A stretch of DNA of 64,000 bases from Macrostomum lignano (Eukaryota): assembly GCA_002269645.1 (NCBI GenBank), contig NIVC01000208.1, positions 1-64,000 on the forward strand, read 5' to 3'. The notes under the pieces were generated by a model. That model was given only the letters and a program-made list of their open reading frames with translations. It did no database searches and was not told the origin of the DNA. Both the position numbers and the translations under genes were made by a program. This document shows positions 13,385 to 25,899 of the stretch, piece after piece. How positions within the stretch are numbered: the first letter of the stretch is position 1; each line of letters opens with the position of its first letter.

Positions 13385-13906
13385 GTAGTTTAGTGTGTGT
13401 CAGATGGGTAGTTTAGTGTGTGTCAGATGGGTAGTTTAGTGTGTGTCAGATGAGTAGTTTAGTGTGTGTCAGATGGGTAGTTTAGTGTGTGTCAGATGGG
13501 TAGTTTAGTGTGTGTCAGATAAGTCGTTTAGTGTGTGTAAGATGGGTAGTTTAGTGTGTCAGATGGATAGTTTAGTGTGTGTCAGATGGGTAGTTTAATG
13601 TGTGTCAGATGGGTATTTTAGTGTGTGACAGATGGGCAGTTTAGTGTGTGTCAGATGGGTAGTTTAATGTGTGTCAGATGAGTAGTTTAGTGTGTGTCAG
13701 ATGGGTAGTTTAGTGTGTGTAAGATGGGTAGTTTAGTGTGTGTCAGATGGATAGTTTAGTGTGTGTCAGATGGGTAGTTTAGTGTAATTCAGATGGGTAG
13801 TTTAGTGTGAGTCAGATGGGTAGTTTAGTGTGTCAGATGGGTAGTTTAGTGTGTGTCAGATAGGTAGTTTAGTGTGTGTTAGATGGGTAGTTTAGTGTGA
13901 GTCAGA
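13385..13906. repeat. 23-bp minisatellite GTAGTTTAGTGTGTGTCAGATGG, about 22 copies
   Basis: Direct reading. Confidence 0.95.
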
Positions 13907-13920
13907 GCAGGAATTTGGCG

Positions 13921-14197
13921 TGGGTCAGTGAGGCGGTCACTGTGGGTCAGTGAGGCGGTCACTGTGGGTCAGTGAGGCGGTCACGGTGGGTCAGTGAGGC
14001 GGTCACGGTGGGTCAGTGAGGCGGTCACGGTGGGTCAGTGAGGCGTTCACGGTGGGTCAGTGAGGCGGTCACTGTGGGTCAGTGAGGCGGTCACGGTGGG
14101 TCAGTGAGGCGGTCGCGGTGGGTCAGTGAGGCGGTCACGGTGGGTCAGTGAGGCGGTCGCGGTCGGTCAGTGAGGCGGTCGCGCTTGGTCAGTGAGA
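13921..14197. repeat. 22-bp minisatellite TGGGTCAGTGAGGCGGTCAC(TG/GG), about 12 copies
   Basis: Direct reading. Confidence 0.95.
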
Positions 14198-14363
14198 CGT
14201 TGGATACTGTGACTGTCCCATGAAAAATCCTGACTTGCTTTCAGACCGGACAGCAAAAGCGGTCAACCCCAATCAGTGCCTGATTCTGAACCATCAGTCA
14301 AATACCACGGCGTGGTCTTGCAACGATCAAACAATATAGACAAAAGATAGTTCCCCTAGAAAC

Positions 14364-17300
14364 ATGGATCTCTACAATCAGCAGCAACAGCAAAGGCAGC
14401 AGGCACCAAAAGTGGAACAATTTGTTCCTTTGGATGACTCGGCTAGCGACGCATCATTTAGCCTGTGTGGCGTCACCCTGAGTCCCCTGTCTGCCAGCTC
14501 CTACAGCCCCATGCCCAGCCAGAATTATGGCGGCCCCTCTAGTAGCATGATGCCCCAGCAGCCGCTGCATCAGCAGCATCCGGTGGCACAGGACCAATCA
14601 TCTGGTGCTTCGTTTGCCTTGCCAACTTCCGATGTTGAGGCTTTTCAGGTGAATACTTCCGGCCATTCAGTGTGCTGATAATTCACTGTACTTCCGGTCA
14701 TTCAGTGTGTGATAATTCACTGTACTTCCGGTCATTCAGTGTGTGATAATTCACTGTACTTCCGGTCATTCAGTGTGTGATAATTCACTGTACTTCCGGT
14801 CATTCAGTGTGTGATAATTCACTGTACTTCCGGTCATTCAGTGTGTGATAATTCACTGTACTTCCGGTAATTCAGTGTGCTGATAATTCACTGTACTTCC
14901 GGTCATTCAGTGTGTGATAATTCACTGTACTTCCGGTCATTCAGTGTGTGATAATTCACTGTACTTCCGGTCATTCAGTGTGCTGATAATTCACTGTACT
15001 TCCGGTCATTCAGTGTGTGATAATTCACTGTACTTCCGGTCATTCAGTGTGTGATAATTCACTGTATTTCCGGTAATTCAGTGTGCTGATAATTCACTGT
15101 ACTTCCGGTCATTCAGTGTGTGATAATTCACTGTATTTCCGGTAATTCAGTGTGCTGATAATTCACTGTATTTCCGGTAATTCAGTGTGCTGATAATTCA
15201 CTGTACTTCCGGTCATTCAGTGTGCTGATAAATCACTGTACTTCCGGTCATTCAGTGTGCTGATAATTCACTGTACTTCCGGTCATTCTGTGTGCTGATA
15301 ATTCACTGTACTTCCGGTCATTCTGTGTGCTGATAATTCACTGTACTTCCGGTCATTCTGTGTGCTGATAATTCACTGTACTTCCGGTCATTCAGTGTGC
15401 TGATAATTCACTGTACTTCCGGTCATTCTGTGTGCTGATAATTCACTGTACTTCCGGTCATTCAGTGTGTGATAATTCACTGTACTTCCGGTAATTCAGT
15501 GTGCTGATAATTCACTGTACTTCCGGTCATTCAGTGTGCTGATAATTCACTGTACTTCCGGTCATTCAGTGTGCTGATAATTCACTGTACTTCCGGTCAT
15601 TCTGTGTGCTGATAATTCACTGTACTTCCGGTCATTCTGTGTGCTGATAATTCACTGTATTTCCGGTAATTCAGTGTGCTGATAATTCACTATACACGAC
15701 TTCAAATGATTTATCAGGCCATGTCGTTCGGAGATCAGCCGCCGCTGTACATGCCTGTGGATCTCCCAGGCCAGCCCATGCCTCATCAAGCAGCTTCCAG
15801 TTGCTATTCTCCTCCGCCTCCGTCTGTTGCATCCGCCGTCTCAAGCGACGCCACCGGGGGTGGCGCCGGTGCCTCTGCTAGCGCCTCTAGCGCCGCGTCT
15901 GTCTCAGGCGGCGCCAGGCGCGCCAAGCAGCGCGAGGACAAGTTCTGCGGCGTGTGCGGCGACAAAGCTCTGGGCTTCAATTTTGACGCAGTCAGCTGCG
16001 AGTCCTGCAAAGCCTTCTTCAGGCGGAATGCCGCTAAAGGAGTGGTGAGTTGTCTGCCTGCTGATCTGTCTGCCTATAGATCTGCATTTCTACTATCTAC
16101 CAATCTCTATCTACCATTCTATCTGCTAATCTTATCTACCATTTTCTTTGCCAATCTTTATTTACCATTCTATCTACCAATCTCTATCTTCCATTTTATC
16201 TACCAAACTCTATCTACCATTCTATCTGCCAATCTCTATCTTCCATTCTATCTACCAATCTCTATCTTCCATTTTATCTACCAATCTCTATCTACCATTC
16301 TATCTGCCAATCTCTATCTACCATTCTATCTACCAATCTCTATCTTCCATTTTATCTACCAATCTCTATCTACCATTCTATCTACCAATCTCTATCTTCC
16401 ATTTTATCTACCAATCTCTATCTACCATTCTATCTGCCAATCTCTATCTACCATTCTATCTACCAATCTCTATCTACCATTCTATCTGATAATCTCTATC
16501 TTCCATTCTATCTACTACCAATCTCTATCTACCATTCTATCTGCTAATCTCTATCTTCCATTCTATCTACCAATCTCTATCTACCATTCTATCTACCAAT
16601 CTCTATCTACCATTCTATCTACTAATCTCTATCTACCATTCTATCTGCCAATCTCTATCTACCATTCTATCTGCTAATCTCTATCTACCATTCTATCTGC
16701 CAATCTCTATCTACCATTCTATTTGCCAGTCTCTATCTACCATTCTATCTGCTAATCTCTATCTACCATTCTATCTGCTAATCTCTATCTACCATTCTAT
16801 CTGCTAATCTCTATCTACCATTCTATCTGCCAATCTCTATCTACCATTCTATCTGCCAGTCTCTATCTACCATTCTATCTGCTAATCTCTATCTACCATT
16901 CTATCTGCCAATCTCTATCTACCATTCTATCTGCTAATCTCTATCTACCATTCTATCTGCTAATCTTTATCTACCATTCTATCTGCTAATCTCTATCTAC
17001 CATTCTATCTGCTAATCTTTATCTACCATTCTATCTGCTAATCTTTATCTACCATTCTTTCTGCTAATCAGCTTGTTCAGGATTTTAACGTAATAATTTA
17101 TATTTATCTGCTTGCAAGCCATTAATGCTACTCATGAATGTTATTGTTAGTAGTAATACAATTCCAACCTACATAATAAAGTTATTGCTTTATAACTCCA
17201 GGAGGCGCTAAAATGTCCGTACGAAGGCAACTGCCGGATTGACGTCTCCAACAGGCGATTCTGCAAGCGATGCCGGCTGAGAAAATGTTTTGACGTTGGC

Positions 17301-20300
17301 ATGAAGAAGGAGTACATTCTCACCGAGGAGGAGAAGACTGAGAAGAGAAAGAAGATTGATCAGAATAAGTGAGCAGAGATTTTGTCTAACTTTGTTGTTT
17401 CTATCTAATGAAGAATGAAAGAGTTAAGAATAATATTCTGTGCTTAAAGAGATAGACAATCCAAGAATAAGATTAGATATTCAGACAATTAGATTAGTAT
17501 ATTCTAAGAATGAGATCAGATGTTTGAACCAGATTTAATATCGAGACTAGGCAGTGTGGGAATTCGGTTACGTATATTTTAGTGGTGAGAGTAGATTAAT
17601 CATATTACAACTCAAATATGGTAAGTAAATTGCCACCCGGTCACTCACCGAGTCACTCCGCTCACTCACCCAGTCACTCTGGTCTCTATTGGTCACTCCG
17701 GTCACTCACATAGTCACTTTGGTCTCAACTGGTCACTCCGCTCACTCACCGAGTCACTCTGGTCTCAACTGGTCACTTCGGTCACTCACCCAGTCACTCT
17801 GGTCTCAACTGGTCCCTCCGGTCACTCACCCAGTCACTCTGGTCTCAACTGGTCACTCCGCTCACTCACCCAGTCACTCTGGTCTCAATCAGTCACGGTC
17901 TCAATCAGTCACTCCGCTCACTCACCCAGTCACTCTGGTCTCAATCAGTCACTCCGCTCACTCACCCAGTCACTCTGGTCTCAATCAGTCACTCCGCTCA
18001 CTCACCCAGTCACTCTGGTCTCAATCAGTCACTCCGCTCACTCACCCAGTCACTCTGGTCTCAATCAGTCACTCCGCTCACTCACCCAGTCACTCTGGTC
18101 TCAATCAGTCACTCCGCTCACTCACCCAGTCACTCTGGTCTCAAACGGTCACTCCAGTTACTCCCCAGTCACTCTGGTCTCAATCGGTCACTCCAGTTAC
18201 TCCCCAGTCACTCTGGTCTCAATTGGTCACTCCAGTCACTCCCCAGTCACTCTGGTCTCAATTGGTCACTCCAGTCACTCCCCAGTCACTCTGGTCTCAA
18301 TTGGTCACTCCGGTCACTCCCCCAGTCACTCTGGTCTCAATCGGTGACTCCCCCCAAACCGCAGGCTGCTGCGCACTCTGGAGACTCTGGGCCTGCTCCC
18401 GAAGGAGCTCACGCCATCAGAGCTGGCCGACCGCGAGATCATGTCCGAATCGGACGTCCAAGAGCTGACCCAGTTGGCCGAGTACTATCGCCAGTCGGCC
18501 GAGGTTCGAGTCGCCGAGCGCCACGGCCAGCGTGCGGCCAACGTGGACGACCTGATCAACTTTGCCGAGCTGTCCGTGATGCGAGTGATCGATCTGAGCA
18601 AGAAGCTGGACGAGTTCCGGCAGCTCAGCCAGCCGGACAAGGTCTGCCTGTTGAAGGGCGGCGCCCTCGAGCTCATTCTACTGCGCGGCGTCATCAGCTT
18701 CGATCCGGACCATGCCAGATTCCTTGACGAGACGGACACGGCCAGTGCCGAGTCGGACTCTATGCAGGGCCAGGATTTCCTTAGAGCGGCCGGGCCCAAT
18801 GCCGGGCACGCGTTCTTTCAATTAGCCCGAACTCTGCGCAGCAACCTGCAGTGCGATCATCACACCCTGGTGGTGCTGCTCGTCTGCTGCCTGTTCAGCC
18901 CAGACCGGGCTGGCTTGTCGCCTGAGGGAAGGGATCTGGTGAGTGTCTGTTTCGGCTGAGGGATTATTTTTTATTGTCGGTTGTTGTTTTTTTTAAAAAT
19001 GCTTGCCTAGTGCCATTCTGAATCTTTTTTTCGCCACTTCCGAGAACTTTCTAATCGGGGCGATTCTAAGAAATGAATGTTTGGTGCCACTTCTTATGTC
19101 TTTTTTGGCGCCATTCTACGAAATGTTTGTTTGGCGCTATTCAAAGTAATGTCTATTTGGCGCTATTCTCAGAAATGTCCTTTAGGTACCATTTTGATAA
19201 ATGTCCATTGGGCGCCGTTCTAAGAAATTTGCTTTTGGCGCTTTTCTAAGAAATGTCTGTTTGGCGCCATTCTTTGAAATTTCTGCTTTGCGCCATTTTA
19301 AAAAAATTCTATTTGGCGCCATTCTAAGAAATATCCTAAGGTGCCATTCTAAGAAATATCTGCTTGGTGCCATTTTATGAAATGTCCATTTGGCGCCGTT
19401 CTAAGAAATGTCTGCTTTGCGCCATTCTAAGTAATGTCTTTTTGGCGCCAGTCTAAGTAATGTCTATTTGGCGCCATTCTTATAAATGTCTGCATTGCGC
19501 CATTTAAAAAAATTTTATTTGGCGCCATTCTAAGAAATGTCCGTGAGTGCCATTCTTAGAAATGTCTATTTAGCGCCATTCTTAGAAATTTCTGTTTTAC
19601 GTTCTTCTAAGAAATGTCTAAGTGGTGATATTTTTAAAATATGTTTTTTTGGCGCCATTCTTAGAAATGTCCATTTAGCGCCATTCTAAAAATGTGCTTT
19701 TGGCGCAATTCTAATTAGCTTCTTTTGATATCATTTCTGGAATTTTCTCTGAAGCGGCATTCTAGGAATTCCAATTCCAAGCGATCTACCGTATAACGGG
19801 CTAAAATACAGTAGGAAATCTGATGTCAACATTTTTGAAAAGCAATTCAAAATGCAGGCAGTTGAGTTTGCTTCAACTCTGTTTGCAGTCGGGATGCAGG
19901 AAACAGCTGCAGAGTTGTCTTGCTTTTCTCACGGGGATCTCTGCTTTTCCTTTGTTCGGTTTTTTTCGCTAGTGGAATCGCAAACTCTCCTGTAAGCTGA
20001 GGGCTGAGTACAGCTGTTTTTTCAAGAGCAACTGGCTTTGGGCATGAACTTGCTGCAGTCTGTCTCAGGAAATTTCATGTTGAATAATTCTACGATTGCA
20101 CTTCTTGCATACGTGCAGCTTCTGCTTGAATATTTTTCAATTGTACGGCTTCTGAACAATTTTACAATTTAAATCAGATCCTTTGAAATCACCGACACAT
20201 TATCATCTGAATCTCTTTGAAATCACCGACACATTATCATCTGAATCTCTTTGATCTCACCGACACATCAATACCCCCTAAATCTCTTTGATCTCACCGA

Positions 20301-20927
20301 CACATTATCATCTGAATCTCTTTGATCTTACCGTCACATAGTTACCCCTGAATCTCTTTGATCTCACCGACACATCAATACCCCCTCAATCTCTTTGATA
20401 TCACCGACACATCAATACCCCCTAAATCTCTTTAATCTCACTGACACATCAATACCCTCTGAATCTCTTTGATCTCACCGACACATCAATACCCATTGAA
20501 TCTCTTTGATATCACCGGCACATCAATACCCCCTGAATCTCTTTGATCTCACTGACACATCAATACCCCCTGAATCTCTTTGATCTCACTGACACATCAA
20601 TACCCCCTAAATCTCTTTTGATCTCACCGAACTCACCAACCTCCAATCGCCCATGTTGCCCTCCAGGTGGAAGAGTCGCAGGTGAAGTACTGCATGCTGC
20701 TCGAACGCCTGTTGCGCACGCGGTTCACCGTGTCCCACGCTCGCAAAGTCTATCCCCAGCTGCTCACCCAGCTAGCGGAGCTGCGCGGCCTCGAGAAAGA
20801 CTTCTCGGACTTGGCCACAATGTCCAACCCAAGGTTTGTGCCGCCGCTGATGTCCGAGTTCCTTGACCTGCAGGACGGCGGATCTGGCAGTGCCAAGCAT
20901 CCGCAGCACAGGAGCTCACCTCTGTGA
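14364..20927 (+). CDS. HR96: Nuclear hormone receptor, HR96/DAF-12 (NR1J)-like, about 537 aa
   Basis: Exons 14364-14648, 15718-16044, 17202-17368, 18365-18938 and 20667-20927 are all GT-AG and phase-compatible (1614 nt). DBD CGVCGDKALGFNFDAVSCESCKAFFRR...CPYEGNCRIDVSNRRFCKRCRLRKCFDVGMKKEYILTEEEK; LBD signature FRQLSQPDKVCLLKGG, FSPDRAGL, AF-2-like PPLMSEFLDL. Symbol denotes the family, not proven orthology. Confidence 0.92.
14655..15691. repeat. 34/35-bp minisatellite filling coding intron 1, about 30 copies
   Basis: GTACTTCCGGTCATTCAGTGTG(C)TGATAATTCACT. Confidence 0.95.
16075..17068. repeat. About 26-bp minisatellite (CTATCTACCATTCTATCTGCTAATCT) in coding intron 2
   Basis: Direct reading; source of the LYLPFYLPISI ORF tail. 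Confidence 0.95.
17640..18350. repeat. 36-40 bp minisatellite (CAGTCACTCTGGTCTCAATCAGTCACTCCGCTCACTCACC) in coding intron 3
   Basis: Period 40 at 17890-18140; ends just before the 18364 acceptor. Confidence 0.95.
19010..19760. repeat. Degenerate about 26-bp array (TTGGCGCCATTCTAAGAAATGTC) in coding intron 4
   Basis: Direct reading. Confidence 0.85.
20175..20635. repeat. 37-bp minisatellite (CTCTTTGATCTCACCGACACATCAATACCCCCTGAAT) in coding intron 4
   Basis: Direct reading; ends about 30 nt before the last acceptor. Confidence 0.9.
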
Positions 20928-21145
20928 ATGAATAAGCACAATAGCACTAAATAAGTGTACTATAACTTCTGAAGATTTTGTGGCATTCGGAACAGCTTCA
21001 CTTTGATTCGCTTTATTTAGCTTTTGCATTAATTAAAGGTTTATTGAAGGTGTTCATTGTTTTGTTTTAAATTTAACCCAAGAGATTACCAAATTATAGA
21101 TATTAGTAGGAGGGCTTTGTAGACTAACCAGTAGTAGGAGGCTAA

Positions 21146-21290
21146 CCAATTGGGCCAGGTGTACAACCGACAGCTCAGCCGCAGCTATTGCGCGGCGCAT
21201 CTGAAGGCTGCGTACGGCTGTTCAGTCCCTGACTGGGGGGGGGGGTCGCCACACTGAACTGAAGCAATGCAGAGTTACCTGTCCCGTGCT
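21146..21290 (-). mobile_element. Truncated, internally deleted copy of the CORE-like SINE at 55942
   Basis: Reverse complement matches 56040-56260 (GCAGCCTTCAGATGCGCCGCGCAATAGCTGC; TAACTCTGCATTGCTTCAGTT). Confidence 0.85.
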
Positions 21291-23681
21291 AAAAATGCTT
21301 TTTATGGCTAAGATAGCTGTTTAGAATCCTTGCCCATGACTGTATAATGCTGCGTATTTTTCAACACAAATATTTGTTTATTCGATCAATTATGTAGACC
21401 AAAATATGCTCACGGTTAATTGGATCTCAACAAATTTTCCCTGATTGTGGGAAAAACAGTTAGAAGTTAATCGTGAAAAAGCAGTGTTACTTTTTGTTCC
21501 TAGCAAATACAGCGACCTAAAGATTAAGTGAATTTTTTGAGTATTTTTTATAAAACTATTGCACAACAACTGTACTGAGGTTGCCAAGTGTTTTTTTTGT
21601 TTCGAGAAACAAACGATTCAGTTAAATTTGTTTTTTTACTTGCTATTCGGTTCGATTTCGCTCGGAAAGACTTTGCCATTACCAGTAATAATTACATAGC
21701 TTTCTCACTTGATATATATATATATGTCTATTATTTGTGTATTTATGTAATCGGTTTTTCCTGCTTTCATTACCAATAGCGGAGGTACTATTTAGCGAAA
21801 TCTTTTTAAATCTAATTTCCTAATTATATATTCATATATGTTTGTTCATGTTTGAGTCTGTCTGCCACTAAACTGTTTATTGCTGGGCATCATTTTATCC
21901 GTTTTTTGCATTGTAAAGCGCCAGTAACAAAGGATGGAGTTTACACTGTTTACGTGTAGTGTTGTCTGTAATGTAGTTACGACTATATTACTAGAGCTCT
22001 TTGAAGCCCGTTTAGGTCTGCGCACATGGATTTTAATCCAAGATAGGGGTTGCCATCATAAACACGAAAAATCACAACTCCGAAATTAATAGCGATTACC
22101 ACCTTGTCGATTGCCACGCCACCTCTTTCGCAGGCAATCTCTGCCGGTAGTGGTTTCAACACACTGATGGATGCTGTAAACTATCTTTTCTTTTACATTC
22201 AGCAACCTTGCACTGTCATTTGGGTGTTCACCTCTGCCGGGTGCTTCGATCGCAAGCCAATGGCATTCGTTCAGAAGCCTAGCAATATGGTCCACAATTC
22301 TGGGGCTGATCTTGCTCCTCCGCAACAGTTGCAAATGAAGCTATGGACCAAATTGACAAACCTATCTTGGATTAAAATCAATTCGCATAAGCCGAATGGG
22401 CAGCTGTACACCCTGTGTGAGCGTCATTCTAATCTAGCAGTCCATGGCTGCCACAGACCCACGAACATTGGTTTGTATGAATTGCGAAAATAATATAATC
22501 TCTGAAGAGGAAATCATGCTTGAGAGCTGATCTGTGCTGTGTTTGTGTTTTTCATTTTTAGTTGGTGAATAATATTCCTGCAATCAGCTATCGTGCATAT
22601 TGTTATTTAATTAGGCGTGCATTACTTCCAGTGCGCACTTCAGAGACAGACCAGAGCTAACATCAGTTTACTATTATGCAGTAATTTAATTAACTGGTTG
22701 CTATTGGCTACAAAGCATTTGTTTAGCGTGATTTCACAGGCGCTTTGGTGCTTGCATGGGTTTGGTTATAGTTTAGTTTATTAGACCATGAGTGGATCGA
22801 TGCTAGTTTTCATCAAACTGCAATACCTAATGGTGTTAAAGCCCAGAGCAATTGAATTGAATTGTACTTTAAGTTCGTAAAAATATTATTGCAAGTACGA
22901 GTACGAGCGTACAGTGCTTCTATACTCTGAACGCATCAGTTGAACAAAGATTTTTCGCTATGTATATAGGAGCAGAAAGTTTCTATGTGAAGACAGACCT
23001 TGTATGAATGCTGCCATTAATTTGAGACCTAGAATATTTGCCAGACTACAACAGTAATAAATACACATTTTTTCTCAGGCCTGAGAATCGAGTCGAGTCC
23101 CATATACTGGGACTTCCACAGGAATAAAAGAACCTAATTGCATTTAAACCCCAGTGTGGCTCAGTCCAGTGTCTATGGTATGTAGCGCATTGAAACTCTT
23201 TTTAAGTCAACTATATTGTGAACCAGATTTTTGCATATGACAGAAATCACGACGGAAAATTTCGTTTCCTAATAAGATATGTCTATGGTTCTGAGAGGTA
23301 GACTGCTATATATGTACATCCCCAAAAACACGTGAGAGTCTTACATATTCTTAGTTCATTGGTTAATTTTAAAAGAACCTAAACCTAAAAAACAAGAAAA
23401 TGAATGCTCAAATTATTAAATAAACCATAGATTTTATGCCTTCCGATAGTATATTCAAAGATGCGGGATTATTTTTGTATTTGCGGGATTATGTAAATAA
23501 TAAACGCCGTTTTATTCACATTCTGTAGTTAGAATGTCCGAGGCTGCGTTTAATGGTCTCGAGGCGAGCGTAGCGATATATTAAATTCGATCACATCTGT
23601 ATCAAGGCACATTGCAAGGTCATTATTGTTTTTCAGTTTGATTAGTAAAAGCATGCATTGGTGCTTGTCATATATATCAGT

Positions 23682-24079
23682 TCACGGAGGCGGGCAGGTG
23701 TTGGCGTGGCGCGATGTGCCGTTAGCGCAGGGCATCTCGGCATAGACGTTTGTTCCCAGACAGGTCAGGTAGTGAAGATTCTTTGTGCAGTGCTTGCGGG
23801 CTGCTGGCATGCCGGTGCAGTTGTCGTTGGGAAACGAGCAGGTCAGCCTTCCTCGCACAGCCTGCGGGATGCAGTGGGCATGCACGTGACTGTACTTGGG
23901 CAGTTCCTGAGTTGCAGTCTCAAAATGTACTGATATACATTGGTCACAGTTAGTCACTAACTAACTATCTAACTCACCGAATAACTAACTAACTGACTAA
24001 CTAACTAACTAACTAACTGACTAACTAACTAACTGACTAACTAACTAACTAACTAACTAACTGACTAACTAACTAACTG

Positions 24080-24114
<35 letters not shown>

Positions 24115-24147
24115 GACTAACTGACTAACTAACTAACTAACTAACTG

Positions 24148-24186
<39 letters not shown>

Positions 24187-24295
24187 GACTAACTAACTGA
24201 CTAACTAACTAACTAACTAACTGACTAACTGACTAACTAACTAACTGACTAACTAACTGACTAACTGACTAACTAACTAACTAACTGACTAACTG

Positions 24296-24334
<39 letters not shown>

Positions 24335-24351
24335 GACTAACTGATTAACTG

Positions 24352-24385
<34 letters not shown>

Positions 24386-24727
24386 CAACTAACTAACAAA
24401 CAAACTAACTGACTGATTAACCAACTAGCTCACTTCGCTGCTGCAGCCGCCGCCAGTCCACAACAGGGGGTACTGCTCCCCAACTGCGAAGTAGCAGACG
24501 CTGTTCTGTTTGTAAACGGCGCTACAGTTCGGCCGTATCGCGCACTCCACTGAGCAGGCGCGTGGGTCTCGAACCCCGGACACCCGGCTAAACAGGGTCA
24601 GGTTGTCCGGACAGCCGGCTACGATGGTCAGCTGGACGGTGAGACCGGCTGCTTCGGACAGGAGGCTCAGTAGGCAGCAGGCTGACCCAGCAACCAGCAA
24701 GGCCAGAGCGGCTTTATAAATGAGCAT
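23682..24727 (-). CDS. Family 1 copy A: secreted PAN/apple + Cys6 (CBM14-like) protein, about 172 aa, most divergent paralog
   Basis: Exon 1 24727-24434 (signal peptide; CSVECAIRPNCSAVYKQNSVCYF), GTGAGC donor; exon 2 23906-23682 (CSFPNDNC..HCTKNLHYLTC..MPCANGTSRHANTC). Exon 2 acceptor inferred. Confidence 0.75.
23955..24425. repeat. (CTAA/CTGA)n tetranucleotide microsatellite filling the copy A intron
   Basis: Direct reading. Confidence 0.95.
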
Positions 24728-25899
24728 TATCGGAGAGAAAGTTCAGAGAGCTCTTCAAACTGAGCATAAGAGTAATGAAGTTAAAGGGAATTTTCTAAGC
24801 TTTTATAGTTTTACATTTTCTATCTGCAGTGTAGTATCGGCAGGATTAATCCAGCCAATCAAATCACATGTAGAGCATTCAGTTGAGCTGTATTTGAAAT
24901 AGGCAGCTTCGCTCGTATCATTTACTATTAGTAGTTAAGTAAGCTAAATAGTTTGCATACTGAATTTTATTGTTTGCTAAATTTACACTTTATTGTTATC
25001 CGTGTATACTACTTAACATCGCTGGAGGTACAAAAACTCTAATGAGGCAAACCAACACCTGCTATAAGGAAATGAACCCGCCTATTCTACAAAAAATATT
25101 TTAAAGAGAATAAATTTTCATCTCAAGAATGGATCCTTTAAAAATAAATTTCCTGGCCACACCTGCAAACAAGAGGTGCCCCTGACTTTAACAATGCAAA
25201 TTTATAGGGAAAACGTGTTTTATTTGAGTTTTTCACAATAAAAATTCTACTACGCGAAATTGCTGTGAAAATTTCGTGAAAAAAGCCTTGAGAGGTGAAA
25301 AACGTCTCGATAAAAATTTTGTTCAATGCTGCTGCATAAACTACCCTCTTGGATGCAGCTCAGGGCTCTCTCTCAGGGCTCAGCCTTTGGAATTGGTGAC
25401 AAACTTGTCTTTCTTACCTTCTTTTTGTGATAGGAGAACATAAAACACACAAAGGGATCACAACTCACGCCTCTTCAGCCCGCCTTAGCGATTATTTCCT
25501 TTACTCAAGCCCCCTCATAAAAAACGCCAGTTTCCCCAGTCACAGTTCCTAACAATTCGGATTTGCAAGCACCTTTCTAACCAATAATTTATCCCAATTT
25601 TCTAACCAATATGAATACTTGTAAAGGGACAAGTCCGAGTATTCTGTGCAGGCTTTATAAAATTTGATTGTTCGCTTTCAAACTTAGCATAACAAACAAA
25701 ATCTATTTGAAATAACAAAGCAAGCGCATTAACATGCTGTACCAAACATTACTAATTATAAGTATAGTTAATTTTGGACGTGTCCTTTATTAAAGTGCGA
25801 GTTCCTTCAAGCAGGCATATCTTATCTTCAAAAGCTCTGAATATCTGATAGCTTCAAATCGGTTTGGTTTGGTTAGATTGTCTTCAGTGGTGGGCATCC

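Larger units (their letters stand above)
12593..14244 (+). other. Putative 5'-UTR intron of the nuclear receptor gene
   Basis: GTAAGT donor at 12593; CTGAC branch plus TTGCTTTCAG acceptor ending 14244, about 120 nt before the ATG. Inference, no transcript data. Confidence 0.4.

Noticed and set aside
16045-16677. C-terminal 210 aa of the 333-aa ORF and other long repeat ORFs (17689, 32987, 34614, 40180, 46298, 54052)
   Set aside because: Read-through into intronic or intergenic tandem repeats; a GTGAGT donor at 16045 ends the real exon.
13385-20635. Regularly spaced repeats as CRISPR arrays
   Set aside because: No unique spacers, eukaryotic introns, no cas genes.
22104-22493. 129-aa ORF downstream of the receptor
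   Set aside because: No recognisable motif, non-ATG start, overlaps a SINE fragment.
23955-24425. (CTAAC)n as a branch-point array
   Set aside because: The motif is antisense to the host gene (copy A is on the minus strand).
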